64,000 bases of DNA, taken from positions 1,408,001 through 1,472,000 of the forward strand of contig CP181291.1 in the NCBI GenBank assembly GCA_052279835.1, given 5' to 3'. This document shows, in pieces, positions 20,203 to 30,748 of the stretch. The notes under the pieces are model-generated. The model was not told where the DNA came from. It did no database searches and was given only the letters and a program-made list of their open reading frames with translations. How positions within the stretch are numbered: position 1 is the stretch's first letter; each line of letters starts with the position of its first letter. The stretch comes from Microcoleus sp. Its GTDB lineage: Bacteria > Cyanobacteriota > Cyanobacteriia > Cyanobacteriales > Microcoleaceae. The position numbers were made by a program, and so were the translations under genes.

Positions 20203-21177
20203 ATGATGATTTCTGTTGCCATCCCCACCTACAACCGCGAGCAAAGCCTGCGAGAGACGCTGGCTGATTTGATGGGGCAAGATTATCACAGTTTTGAAGT
20301 CTTAGTAATCGATCAAACTCCCATCCATGAATCGGAAACTCAAGTTTATTTAGAACAATTGGCTAATGCTGGTAAGATTCGCTGGTTTAGGGTAAATTGG
20401 GCGAATTTGCCTGGTGCTCGTAATTATGCGGTGCGGCGCGCCGTTGGAGATATTATTTTATTTATTGATGATGATGTACAGTTACCCAAGGGTTTTTTGG
20501 CGGCTCATGCTAGCAACTATTTAGCCCAACCGGATATCGGATGTGTGGCGGGTAGGGTTTTTGACAGAATGAAATTGGGCGATTCTGGGGGTGATTTGGC
20601 GATCGAATATTTGCCACCCGAAGCGATGGATGCAGCGATTGGTTGGTATTTTATCGACTTGGTACATACTATACAGCCACAGCAAGTGCTGTCGGCTAGA
20701 GGTTGCAATATGTCATTTCGCAGGGTGGTTTTTGCCGAGTGCGGTTTGAGCTTCGATGAACGGTTTGCAGGTAGTGCGGTGCGGGAAGAGTCGGATTTTT
20801 GCTTGAGATTGCGATCGACTGGTTTTAAAATCTGGTACGATCCCAATGCTTGTTTAGTTCATTTGGGAGAAGAAAGCGGCGGGTGTCACGACATAAGTAC
20901 GCGATCGCTCGAATATCAAGTCACATTTTATCACAACCACTTCCTGATGGGATTGAAAAATTTAACAGTATTTCAATGCCTAAGATTTTTTGCCAAACTG
21001 TTTGACTGTCACGTTTTCGGCAATCCACCTTGCTATAAAAGTCGATCGCCCCTTAAAATCCTCACCAGATTTGCATTTTACATTCTCGGTTTTCTCAGCG
21101 CTATCAACACCCTAATTCAGTCGATCGCCAGAGACGGACAAATCTACACCCATCAAGATAACATCAACGCTAAATAA
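20203..21177 (+). CDS. hpsN: Family 2 glycosyltransferase, HpsN-like
   Basis: IPTYNR, FIDDDV, RGCNMSFR and AVREESD motifs; adjacent to an HpsO-like gene. The symbol is from recalled similarity. Confidence 0.72.
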   Translation: MMISVAIPTYNREQSLRETLADLMGQDYHSFEVLVIDQTPIHESETQVYLEQLANAGKIRWFRVNWANLPGARNYAVRRAVGDIILFIDDDVQLPKGFLAAHASNYLAQPDIGCVAGRVFDRMKLGDSGGDLAIEYLPPEAMDAAIGWYFIDLVHTIQPQQVLSARGCNMSFRRVVFAECGLSFDERFAGSAVREESDFCLRLRSTGFKIWYDPNACLVHLGEESGGCHDISTRSLEYQVTFYHNHFLMGLKNLTVFQCLRFFAKLFDCHVFGNPPCYKSRSPLKILTRFAFYILGFLSAINTLIQSIARDGQIYTHQDNINAK

Positions 21178-21184
21178 TTGTTAT

Positions 21185-21235
21185 TCCCAATTCCCCATCC
21201 CCAATTCCCCAATTCCCCAATTCCCCAATTCCCAA
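21185..21235. repeat. Heptamer/octamer tandem repeat (TTCCCCA-type); reverse-type tract at about 20082-20115
   Basis: ttcccaa ttcccca tccccaa ttccccaa... Confidence 0.85.
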
Positions 21236-21238
21236 TAA

Positions 21239-22417
21239 ATGAGAATCCTCGTTGCCAGCCACACCTATATTGTTGACATCAATCGGGCAAAATTCAAGAT
21301 TTTAGCAAACCTTGAACCTGCCATAGAAGTAACAGTTATAGTACCGCAACGCTGGAAACCAGGAGGCGTACAAAATAAAACCATAGAAAGTGAATTTTAT
21401 CAAGAAGGTTCATTTAAAGTAGTACCAATTTATAACTTTAGTCAAAACAATCAAGGCTTACTCACATTTGGCAAAGATTTAATTAAGGTTTTACAGCAAT
21501 TTCAACCGCAGATTATCCAAGTCGAACAAGGTTCAAAATCCCTAGCCTATGCCCAGTTAATTTTACTAAATAATTTGCTCAATCTCAAAGCAAAAAATAT
21601 CTTATTTACCTGGTGGAACTTATCCTATGAATTGAAATGGCCTATTTCCTTGTTAGAAAATTGCAATCTGCAAAACAGCGATGGAATTATTGCCGGCAAC
21701 CTAGACGGGGCTAAAATATTCCGCCAGCGGGGCTACACAGGTGCACTGCAAGTAATGCCACAACTGGGAGTAGATGAAACTTTTTTTTATCCAACTTCTA
21801 AAGATGCTGATTTATCACGAAAATTAGGGATTCAACCTACAGATTTTGTCGTAGGCTATGTAGGGCGGTTTGTCGAAGAGAAAGGATTGCTAACTTTGGC
21901 GACAGCTTTAGCAGGCTTGAAAAAATACCCTTGGAAATGGCTGTTAGTAGGGCAAGGAAAATTGCGATCGCAAATTACCGAAAAATCTCTTGAATTGGGC
22001 ATCAGCGACAAAATAATCTGGGTAGAAAGCGTTTCCCATGAAGCTGTACCCCCATACATTAACTTGATGGATTGTTTAGTATTGCCATCCCAAACAAGTT
22101 ATAAATTCAAAACTTTAACAACTGTAGGTTGGAAAGAACAATTTGGCCATGTTTTAATCGAAGCCATGGCTTGTCAAGTTCCGGTAATCGGTTCCGACTG
22201 CGGCGAAATTCCCCACGTTATCGGAGATGCAGGCTTAGTATTTCCTGAAGGAAATGTAGAAAAATTGCAAGACTGTTTGCATCAATTAATGGAGAAGCCG
22301 GAGTTGGTTGTAGATTTGGCTAAACGCGGTTACGATCGAGTCATGAAGAGTTATACAAACAAAGCTTTAGCTCAACATTTATTAGATTTTTACCAAAAGT
22401 TAGTTACCTCAGATTAA
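21239..22417 (+). CDS. hpsO: Family 4 glycosyltransferase, HpsO-like
   Basis: MRILVASHTYIVD start, VGRFVEEKG, and WKEQFGHVLIEAMAC. The symbol is from recalled similarity. Confidence 0.75.
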   Translation: MRILVASHTYIVDINRAKFKILANLEPAIEVTVIVPQRWKPGGVQNKTIESEFYQEGSFKVVPIYNFSQNNQGLLTFGKDLIKVLQQFQPQIIQVEQGSKSLAYAQLILLNNLLNLKAKNILFTWWNLSYELKWPISLLENCNLQNSDGIIAGNLDGAKIFRQRGYTGALQVMPQLGVDETFFYPTSKDADLSRKLGIQPTDFVVGYVGRFVEEKGLLTLATALAGLKKYPWKWLLVGQGKLRSQITEKSLELGISDKIIWVESVSHEAVPPYINLMDCLVLPSQTSYKFKTLTTVGWKEQFGHVLIEAMACQVPVIGSDCGEIPHVIGDAGLVFPEGNVEKLQDCLHQLMEKPELVVDLAKRGYDRVMKSYTNKALAQHLLDFYQKLVTSD

Positions 22418-22419
22418 AG

Positions 22420-22460
22420 AATAACTAACAACTAATAACCAATAACTAATGACTAATAAT
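22420..22460. repeat. Heptamer tandem repeat (ATAACTA/ATAACCA)
   Basis: ataactaacaactaataaccaataactaatgactaata. Confidence 0.8.
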
Positions 22461-25400
22461 TGGAATTTTAATGATAAATTCAGTTCCTTTTCCGAGAGCG
22501 GAAATACAATTGATTTCACCTTGGTGTTTTTCCACAATAATTGAATGGGAAATCGCCAAACCCATCCCAGTCCCAGAACCGATCGCCTTTGTAGTATAGA
22601 ATGGGTCAAATATCCGCTGCTTGACTCTATCTGTCATCCCTACACCGTTGTCAGCAATTGCGATCGCCGCCAAATTACCTTCTACCTGTGTGCGAATGCG
22701 GATCGTTCCGGGACGTTGGCTCTGTTCTTCTACAGCATCAATCGCATTAGCTATTATATTCATAAACACCTGATTTAACAATCCGGCGTAGCAATCTACC
22801 AGCGGTAATTCTCCGTATTGTTTAATAACTTGAATTATGGGGCGCTCGGACTTAGCTTTCAGTCGGTGTTCCAAAATCATCAAAGTGCTGTCGATGCCTT
22901 CGTGCAGGTTGACACTTTTCATGTCAGATTCATCGAGACGAGAGAAATTCCGCAAGCTGCGCACAATATCCCGAATGCGAGTCGCTCCTACCTTCATCGA
23001 AGATAGCATTTTCGGCAAGTCTTCTAGCAAAAAATCTAGTTCTAAACTATCGATTTGATCCTGAATCGCTGGCGGTGGTTCAGGAAATTCCTCTCGATAC
23101 ATTTGCAGTAGTCTCATGAGATTTGTGGTGTATTCTTCTGTGTAGGTAAGATTGCCAAAAATAAAACTGATAGGGTTATTTATTTCGTGAGCAATGCCTG
23201 CTACCATCTGACCCAGACTTGACATTTTTTCCGCTTGAATGAGCTGAGTTTGAGCTTGCTGGAGTTCGTACAAAGCCCTTTCTATTTTAGTGGCTTGTTC
23301 TCGCGCAATTCGCGCTGAATCGAGACTTTGAGTGTAAAGTTCTGCTTGGTTAATCGCAATAGTTAATTGATTCCCGACTGCGACTAACAGTTCCACTTCC
23401 TCGTCACTCCAGCACCGCGCGATGCCCGAAGTAGCGCAGCAAATTAGACCAATTCGACTCGAAGGTGTCTGAATCGGAATATCCAACAAAGAATTGAATC
23501 CCATAGACAGGAAAAAATCCCGTTCTACCCCATCATTAACAGCGTCAAAATCCTCGATACGAATAATTTCCAAATTGGCAATTAGTGCCGAGTGAGAACC
23601 TGTCATCGCAGTAGGATATAAACCTAATACCGAGGGCAAATCAGGATTTTTCGCCTCGTATGTTACATTCCAAACAGGCTGTTCTGCGTCCGGCTGATAC
23701 CAAATAAATAGACATCTATCGACTTGCAGCAAATCGCGAATCTGGTGTACTGTTGTTCCTAAAATAGTATCTAAATCCAGAGAAGCACGAATTTGACTCG
23801 CTAGTTGATTCACCAGTTTTTCCTGCTCAGCTAATTTGCGGAATCTCGCTTCTGACTCTTGCAATTTTCTTTGATATTCTTTTTGTTCCGTAACATCCAA
23901 ACCCAAGCCAATTAACCCGATCGCACTGCTTGTCTCATCTTTTATTTGAGTTTTAATAACCTCTAAATGGTGTAAGTTTCCATCAGCCAGTTGCAGAATT
24001 TCTTCACAATAAAATGAAGAATCTTGACTCCACGCTTGCACGTCAGATGCCATGCAGTTAGCCGATTCCTCTACTCCCAAAACTTCGGAATAGTGAGATG
24101 CTGCCAAAAAATTTGATTCAGGAATGGCCACATCTTCACAGAAAGTTTTGTTAACTAACAACATCCGCCCGCTAGTATTCGTCATCCATACCCAGATGGG
24201 AGCATTGTCAATAATGCCCCTCAAAGTTTGCTGTTGTTTCCCTAGAGCAATTTCTGTTTGTTTGCGTTTAATTCCCAGGGCGATGGTATCGGCTATGGAT
24301 GGTAAAACAATCTGCGTTGATTCCTTCAATTGTTGGCGACAAAACATGGCAATTACTCCTACTAATTGATTTTCAACAATCAGCGGATATCCGGCAAAAG
24401 CGACCAGTCCCTCTCGCGAAGCCCATTCTTTGTCCCTGATATGGGGATCTTCTAAAACAGCATTAGTCAGGTGGGGTTTTAGCTCTTGGGCTATTAAACC
24501 AATCTTAAATTCCCCCACAGGAATGCGGCTGTAAGTACCATCTATGTTAGTATAAATCCCCCCACTTGCTTGTAGTTCTAATATATTGTCACCTGGATTT
24601 AAAGTCCAAATCCGAGCAAAAGCAGCATCCAAATGGTCTACAACTGCATCGCAGCATTTTTGCAAGGTTGCAGCCAAAGTGGGATTTTGAGTGAGAGCAA
24701 TTCCTACCTCTGCTGTGAATACCGACAGTTTTAATTGTGCTTCTAAAGATAGTTCCGCTTTTTTGCGATCGCTAATATCGGTGGAATTACCAACAATGCG
24801 ATAAATTTTCCCATATTTGTCCCGCAGCGGAGTTAAATTTGTCATCAAACACACTTCTTTACCCTCAAAATTAACGATCGCTTCGTAGGAAATTGAACTC
24901 TGTTTTTGGAGACATTCTCTCAGTTTTGTCCGAAAAAACGTTCCTCTAGCTGTTCCAAACAGTTCTTGTGGAGTTTTACCCCACGCTTCCTCACTGCTGA
25001 TTCCGCCCAGTAACTCGGCTGCTGGATTTAATCCGATGTAGCGAAACTCTCCGTCTTCCCCGACATCTACTACGAAAATGATGTAGTCCACACCGTCGTA
25101 AATGCTACGCAAAAATTCTGCTTTCTGTCGTAGTCGTTCTTCTGTGGTTTTGCGATCGCTAATAGGGCGAGTAACTCCTAGGATACCAATTATATTTCCT
25201 TCTCGGTCTCGCCAGGGACTTTTAGTTGCTAGATATGTCTCCCGGTTCCCGTGAATGTCTTCTACTACTTCTTCGACGGTTTCCTCAATACCAGATTGAA
25301 TAACTCGTCGGTCTATCTCTAAAAGTTTAGCCACTATTTCTTCGGAAAAAAAATCTGTATCTTTTTTGCCTAGAACCTCGGTTTTTGACTTGCCAAAAAA

Positions 25401-26063
25401 AGCAGCAGTTTTCGAGTTAATCGAGACATATTCACCCTGAGTATCCTTGACAAAAATCAAGTCAGCCGTGCTTTCAAATATACTTTCTAAAATAGAATTT
25501 CCTAGGGGTTGGCATCCGGTAATGTCACGGCCGACAGCATAGATTAATTCCTCTTCTCTAACAGAACTAATAGTCCAGGATATCCACTTATAAGAACCAT
25601 CTTTGCATCTATAGCGGCTTTCCCATTGCTGAGAACAATTACTGTCAGATAGAAGTGCTATTTTTTGAGAAGTAATTTCTCTGTATTCTGGATGTACAAG
25701 GTCAATAAATTGTCTGGCTAAAAGTTCGGATTCGGAATAGCCTAGTAAGTTGGTCGTTGTGGCATTAACGAGTTTAAAATAACCGTCGAAACCAATCACG
25801 CATAGCATATCTAACGAAAAGTTAAACAAGCGATTTTTGGCATTTATTTGGTTTAGCGCGCGCTTTTTTTTCGGATTCTCTGTAGGAGTTACCCTCCCTG
25901 CATCGGCCGAAAAAAACATCTTAGCTGCGGCGGACACTGCTAAAAAATGAATTGCTAGTTTACTTTGATAGAAGTTATGCAGGTTGGCTGTTATGCTAAA
26001 CAATTTTGATAATAATTGTAGAATTATCCCCATTGAAAATAGATTAGGAATGCTATTTTTCAT
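22446..26063 (-). CDS. Multi-PAS/GAF sensor histidine kinase (PAS x3-GAF-PAS-GAF-HisKA-HATPase)
   Basis: Repeated PAS/PAC motifs; AHEINNP H-box; NIIANAIDA, DNGVG and GTGMGL. The true start is uncertain and may be downstream. Confidence 0.92.
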   Translation of the reverse strand: MKNSIPNLFSMGIILQLLSKLFSITANLHNFYQSKLAIHFLAVSAAAKMFFSADAGRVTPTENPKKKRALNQINAKNRLFNFSLDMLCVIGFDGYFKLVNATTTNLLGYSESELLARQFIDLVHPEYREITSQKIALLSDSNCSQQWESRYRCKDGSYKWISWTISSVREEELIYAVGRDITGCQPLGNSILESIFESTADLIFVKDTQGEYVSINSKTAAFFGKSKTEVLGKKDTDFFSEEIVAKLLEIDRRVIQSGIEETVEEVVEDIHGNRETYLATKSPWRDREGNIIGILGVTRPISDRKTTEERLRQKAEFLRSIYDGVDYIIFVVDVGEDGEFRYIGLNPAAELLGGISSEEAWGKTPQELFGTARGTFFRTKLRECLQKQSSISYEAIVNFEGKEVCLMTNLTPLRDKYGKIYRIVGNSTDISDRKKAELSLEAQLKLSVFTAEVGIALTQNPTLAATLQKCCDAVVDHLDAAFARIWTLNPGDNILELQASGGIYTNIDGTYSRIPVGEFKIGLIAQELKPHLTNAVLEDPHIRDKEWASREGLVAFAGYPLIVENQLVGVIAMFCRQQLKESTQIVLPSIADTIALGIKRKQTEIALGKQQQTLRGIIDNAPIWVWMTNTSGRMLLVNKTFCEDVAIPESNFLAASHYSEVLGVEESANCMASDVQAWSQDSSFYCEEILQLADGNLHHLEVIKTQIKDETSSAIGLIGLGLDVTEQKEYQRKLQESEARFRKLAEQEKLVNQLASQIRASLDLDTILGTTVHQIRDLLQVDRCLFIWYQPDAEQPVWNVTYEAKNPDLPSVLGLYPTAMTGSHSALIANLEIIRIEDFDAVNDGVERDFFLSMGFNSLLDIPIQTPSSRIGLICCATSGIARCWSDEEVELLVAVGNQLTIAINQAELYTQSLDSARIAREQATKIERALYELQQAQTQLIQAEKMSSLGQMVAGIAHEINNPISFIFGNLTYTEEYTTNLMRLLQMYREEFPEPPPAIQDQIDSLELDFLLEDLPKMLSSMKVGATRIRDIVRSLRNFSRLDESDMKSVNLHEGIDSTLMILEHRLKAKSERPIIQVIKQYGELPLVDCYAGLLNQVFMNIIANAIDAVEEQSQRPGTIRIRTQVEGNLAAIAIADNGVGMTDRVKQRIFDPFYTTKAIGSGTGMGLAISHSIIVEKHQGEINCISALGKGTEFIIKIPIISH

Positions 26064-26470
26064 ACTATTACTCTAAAATTATGTTACTTATTGTGGATTG
26101 ATACCGCAATAAAAATGTTTAAATCTCGATCTAAAATTACAATTCAGCAATTACCTGTTATTTATTACCGCCTCCCAAAGCATACTTCATGTTACTGACA
26201 AAAGCTATCTATCAAAATTTAATTCCTTTTTTATAATGGCACTAACTCTAGGAGATCTGCATTAGACATTTGGCGTAATATTGGCGTAATTTTTGCCTAA
26301 TTCCTCTAATCAGTGCGATTGAATTAGATTGATTTAATGCTATTCACAAAAAATGAAGAAAAAATGAAGGTGTGGTTATGATTTATGAAGAAACAATGAA
26401 GAAGGACAATCTGAGGCTTTTATATATTAAGACTTATCACAAATCGGCTCGGCAACTCCCATGTTATAAA

Positions 26471-28516
26471 TCAGGGGTTTTGAGAATCATCGGTTGACGA
26501 GAAAGAGGAAGAAGCAGTAGCAGACAAAGCAGCCTTGCGCCCTAATTGCTGTTCCCGAATTCGCTCCAAATTTCCCGTCGGAATAGCAGCAATCAGTTGG
26601 CGGGTGTAAGCTTGCTGTGGCTGGCGGTAAATGCGCTCTGCTGTGCCAATTTCTTCGATTTTACCCTTGTTCATGACGATCGCCCGATCGCTCATAAACT
26701 TTACAACACTTAAATCATGAGAAATAAAAATATAAGTTAATCCAAACTCTGTCTGTAACTCCTTCAATAAATTTAAAACTTGGGCTTGTACCGAAACATC
26801 CAAGGCAGAAACCGACTCATCACAAATAATAAACTTAGGATTTAAAGCCAAAGCCCTAGCAATACAAATACGCTGGCGTTGACCCCCAGAAAACTCGTGG
26901 GGATAGCGCCCCATGAAATTAGGATTCAAACCAACTCTCTCTAATAAATAAGCGGCGCGATCGCGCTGTTCCTGCTGATTTTTACCAACGCTATGAATCA
27001 CCATCGGTTCCATCACCGCCGCCCCAACATTCAGCCGCGGATCGAGAGAACTAAAAGGGTCTTGAAAAATAATTTGCAAATCCCTGCGCAACCAGCGCAA
27101 CTTGCGGGCATACTCTTTCTGTATCCGATAATTAGCCATCCATCGCCATTGAGAAATATTGTAAGCAGGAGGCGTAATTTCTTGACCTTCAAAAAAAACT
27201 TGACCGCTAGAAATCGGAATTAATTGTAACAAAGCTCTAGCCAAAGTAGATTTTCCACAACCAGATTCGCCTACTAAACCCAAAGTTTCCCCTGGATAAA
27301 CCTCAAAAGAAATATCATTCACCGCCATAAACAAGCGCTTAGTTTCCCCAAATATACCAGGCACGGGGAAACCCACTTTCAAGTTATTTACAGTCAATAA
27401 AGGAGCGCCAAGATTAGGTAGCCGTGGTGCTTTTCCCGTGGCAAAAGCGGACAAGCCACCGCTGCTATCACCATCTAAATCGACATATTTTTCCACAATT
27501 ACTAACTCACCGCTAGCGTTAGTGGTGACATCCATAAAATCCGAAACTGTGGGTAAGCGGCGCAATTGCTTTTCCAGAGTTGGGCGACAAGCTAACAGAC
27601 CTTTTGTGTAAGGATGTTGGGGATTGCTAAAAATTTGTTCGATCGCCTCGCATTCCACAATTTTACCTCGATACATCACCGCCACCACATCAGCGATTTC
27701 AGCAATGACGCTCAAGTCGTGGGTAATAAAAATCATGGCCATACCTCTAGAGTCGCGCAATTCCCGCAGCAAAGCCAAGATAGTTGCTTGTACGGTGACA
27801 TCTAAGGCGGTGGTAGGTTCATCTGCAATTAATAAAGTGGGATTGCAAGAAATGGCCATTGCAATCATCACCCGCTGGATTTGGCCTCCCGATAGTTCGT
27901 GGGGATAGCGATCGAGCATAGCCTGTTTTTGAGCGTTGATGAGCTGCATCAAATCGCGGCCTCCCGTCATTCCCTCTGGCCCCTCTGGGGAGGAATCCTG
28001 CTGTCTCCTGGCCAAACATTGCTGCTTGAGTTCCCCATCATCGGGTAGTAGCTTCACCTCTTGCAGCAGAGAAGCGGCCTTGCGTCGTGCGACGATTGGA
28101 GATACCTTTTGGTGCAGACAAATCGCTTCCGTCAGTTGAAACCCGATGGTGTAAACGGGGTTGAGCGAACTCATTGGTTCTTGAAAAATGGTCGCAATTT
28201 GGCTGCCGCGGTATATTTGTTTTTCCTGGGAGTGCATTTCCAGTAGATTCACTGGCTGTTTCTGAGTGCCGTCTGTGCTTGAAGAGAACCAAATTTCCCC
28301 CGAAATTTGAGTTGATACATTGGGCAGTAAACCCATAATAGCTAGGGAAGTGACGGATTTTCCTGACCCGGATTCTCCCACGATTCCCAAGGTTTGGCCT
28401 CGCTTCACGTCAAAGGAAATGCCGTCAACTGCTTTGACTGTTGCAGGCCCATCGCCTGCATCGGCAGAGTCAAATTCAACCCGCAGGTTGCGAACTTCTA
28501 GGACGGTTTCACTCAT
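26471..28516 (-). CDS. Fused double-ATPase ABC subunit, oligopeptide/dipeptide family
   Basis: Two GESG.GKS Walker A motifs, two YPHE.SGGQ signatures, and HPYT. Confidence 0.93.
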   Translation of the reverse strand: MSETVLEVRNLRVEFDSADAGDGPATVKAVDGISFDVKRGQTLGIVGESGSGKSVTSLAIMGLLPNVSTQISGEIWFSSSTDGTQKQPVNLLEMHSQEKQIYRGSQIATIFQEPMSSLNPVYTIGFQLTEAICLHQKVSPIVARRKAASLLQEVKLLPDDGELKQQCLARRQQDSSPEGPEGMTGGRDLMQLINAQKQAMLDRYPHELSGGQIQRVMIAMAISCNPTLLIADEPTTALDVTVQATILALLRELRDSRGMAMIFITHDLSVIAEIADVVAVMYRGKIVECEAIEQIFSNPQHPYTKGLLACRPTLEKQLRRLPTVSDFMDVTTNASGELVIVEKYVDLDGDSSGGLSAFATGKAPRLPNLGAPLLTVNNLKVGFPVPGIFGETKRLFMAVNDISFEVYPGETLGLVGESGCGKSTLARALLQLIPISSGQVFFEGQEITPPAYNISQWRWMANYRIQKEYARKLRWLRRDLQIIFQDPFSSLDPRLNVGAAVMEPMVIHSVGKNQQEQRDRAAYLLERVGLNPNFMGRYPHEFSGGQRQRICIARALALNPKFIICDESVSALDVSVQAQVLNLLKELQTEFGLTYIFISHDLSVVKFMSDRAIVMNKGKIEEIGTAERIYRQPQQAYTRQLIAAIPTGNLERIREQQLGRKAALSATASSSFSSTDDSQNP

Positions 28517-28645
28517 GGGTGTATGGCAAGAGTTCAGGGGATGTTAGGTGGATTGTAGCAGAATCTTAGGTTTGTTAAATCTCGATCGCAGGTTTTCGGG
28601 CCTGTTCGACAAACAAGGAATTTAGGCGATCGCCTTAACCATGTG

Positions 28646-28852
28646 TCATTTATCACTTTCATTATCGCGATCTACTTGTTCTTTCTGAGATTCCGGCGCT
28701 GGTTTTTGTTGATTTTGCGATTTTTGAGTTTTCTCTAAGGCCTCGGCGTAGGACCAAGCCATGCTTACCAAAAAAGCTTTGGCCATACCGTCCACATTGT
28801 TTAAATCCCGGTTTTCCGGCGATTCAGCTTGATCGTTGCCATCCTTGGTCAT
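28646..28852 (-). CDS. Small hypothetical protein
   Basis: 68-aa ORF with an upstream AGGAG; sits in an otherwise empty gap. Confidence 0.5.
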   Translation of the reverse strand: MTKDGNDQAESPENRDLNNVDGMAKAFLVSMAWSYAEALEKTQKSQNQQKPAPESQKEQVDRDNESDK

Positions 28853-29007
28853 ATTTTTGTCAGCTCCTGGTAAAGTTTTGCTAGGGACTTTTTGCTGCGT
28901 GCGATCGAACCAAACAACTTGTAATTTTTATTACTTTGGCTTGCTAATTATCTTTAACACTAATACCAGAACTTATCATATCATAAACTGGTTTAGCGAT
29001 CGATAAA

Positions 29008-29445
29008 TTAGAAAGAAACTTGAACTTGGCTAGTTACCCGTAGCACGGACTCCTGTTGAAAATTGTCCTTATAGGTTTTAATGATTTTCTGGATATAACG
29101 CTCTTTTTCAGGAAGATTTTCATAAATCAAAATCACTACTTTCGATTTTTCTCGAATCAGAATTCCCGAACTATTGAGAAACTGCCCATCGGCGTTTAAT
29201 ACAGTTAGTCCCTCCCGAAAGTGAGGGGTGATAACTACATTGACAAACTCTTGCCATTCTGATTCAGAAATCATCTCTCCTCCGGGTTTAGTTAAGCCAA
29301 AATATAATTCATCTTTGAGCAGAGTGGTTTGCTTGGCACTAGCATCCGCCGTTTTGGAGAGTTGAGCGCGGGTAATTGTCGGGGAAACAGTAGGCAAGAT
29401 GAACAGTAGGGAAGCTAGCAAAATAAGGTGAAATTTTTTCTTCAT
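29008..29445 (-). CDS. DUF3574-like exported protein
   Basis: Signal peptide; ELYFGL, W..F....ITP.F..GLTV..A.GQ and FQQESVLR motifs. Confidence 0.82.
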   Translation of the reverse strand: MKKKFHLILLASLLFILPTVSPTITRAQLSKTADASAKQTTLLKDELYFGLTKPGGEMISESEWQEFVNVVITPHFREGLTVLNADGQFLNSSGILIREKSKVVILIYENLPEKERYIQKIIKTYKDNFQQESVLRVTSQVQVSF

Positions 29446-29541
29446 AAATCTTCATGTTTTTTTAAACTAATAGGAGTCGATCGCCCCAAAATACTCTATG
29501 GGGAACAGGCTAGATTTGAATTTAAAATCATTTGGCACAAT

Positions 29542-30621
29542 TCAAAAATCAGGAAGTCTATTGCCAGTCTTGACATCAAACCAATGTATCAACCGAGGCG
29601 GAAAAACTAGCTCCACCATATTTGAATGCAACTGACGGTCTCCCGGTAGCAAAGCGCGCACTGTCAATGACTCCACACCTTTCACTCGAATGCTAATTAG
29701 GTTTTGCATTCCCAAGTTTTCCACTAAATAAACCTCACCTTTAATAGTCGTCTCTCCCGCGTCCGTCCCATCAACAAAACAGACATTTTCGGGGCGAATT
29801 CCCAACACAATTTCAGGAGGGACTGTCGGCAAATCCGGCAAAGTAATTCCAACATCACCAAATATAGCAAAATTGCCTTGACATTTAAGCACAAACAAAT
29901 TCATTTGTGGGCTACCCACAAAACCCGCTACAAATTGATTGGCGGGGCGAGTATAAATCAGGTGTGGCGGGTCTAATTGCTGGATGCTACCCTTGTGGAC
30001 AACTGCGACTTTGGTAGAAAGCGTCATCGCTTCTGTTTGGTCATGAGTAACATAAACTACAGGAGCTTTTTGGGAAGCAAATAATTGTTTAAGTTCCGCC
30101 CTGACTTTTTCGCGCAATAAAGCATCGAGATTGCTTAAAGGTTCGTCTAGCAAAAACACCGCCGGCTGGCGGACTAAAGCGCGTCCCAGGGCGACTCGCT
30201 GTCGCTGTCCTCCTGATAGTTTACCTGGTTTGCGATCGAGTAATTCTGTCAATCCCAGGGATGCTGCAACTTCCGTCACTAATCTCTGGATTTCGGTAGG
30301 GGAGGTTTTACGAATTTTGAGGCTGGATGCCATGTTTTCGTATACTGTCATGTGCGGGTACAGCGCGTAACTTTGAAATACCATGGCAATATCCCGATCG
30401 CCTGGTCTAAGATAAGTGACATTGCGATCGCCAATTCTAATCTCGCCCCTAGTCGGCTGTTCCAATCCTGCAATTAAGCGCAAAGTCGTGGATTTTCCGC
30501 ATCCCGAAGGCCCAAGTAATGTCAGAAATTCTCCTTCGCTGACATCTAAACTAATGTCTTTGACGGGAACAACTTGAGGGCTGTAGGTTTTATTGAGGTT
30601 TTTGAGTTCTAGTTTTGACAT
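29542..30621 (-). CDS. Sugar ABC transporter ATP-binding protein (MalK family)
   Basis: GPSGCGKS, VFQSYALYPHM, LSGGQRQR and YVTHDQ motifs; start at MSKLEL. Confidence 0.94.
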   Translation of the reverse strand: MSKLELKNLNKTYSPQVVPVKDISLDVSEGEFLTLLGPSGCGKSTTLRLIAGLEQPTRGEIRIGDRNVTYLRPGDRDIAMVFQSYALYPHMTVYENMASSLKIRKTSPTEIQRLVTEVAASLGLTELLDRKPGKLSGGQRQRVALGRALVRQPAVFLLDEPLSNLDALLREKVRAELKQLFASQKAPVVYVTHDQTEAMTLSTKVAVVHKGSIQQLDPPHLIYTRPANQFVAGFVGSPQMNLFVLKCQGNFAIFGDVGITLPDLPTVPPEIVLGIRPENVCFVDGTDAGETTIKGEVYLVENLGMQNLISIRVKGVESLTVRALLPGDRQLHSNMVELVFPPRLIHWFDVKTGNRLPDF

Positions 30622-30640
30622 GATTTTTAATTGATATACG

Positions 30641-30692
30641 AACCGCGAAGGCGCGTTCGGCGAAGCCGTTCCCGTAGGGTAGGGACGCGAAG
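30641..30692 (+). repeat. ~52-bp dispersed repeat; inverted copy at 34059-34109
   Basis: AACCGCGAAGGCGCGTTCGGCGAAGCCGTTCCCGTAGGGTAGGGACGCGAAG. Confidence 0.85.
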
Positions 30693-30748
30693 GAAGAAGG
30701 AAGAAGGAAGAGTTGATAAGTGATTTGAGCATAACTCAAAGTTCAAAA

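Noticed and set aside
23330..23800. Cyanobacteriochrome photosensor GAF in the kinase
   Set aside because: The fold is GAF-like (DRCL), but the Asp motif and chromophore-binding Cys-His are not present.
30622..30732. N-terminal extension of the ABC ATPase in the ORF track
   Set aside because: The extension simply reads through a dispersed repeat; MalK-like sequence starts at 30621.
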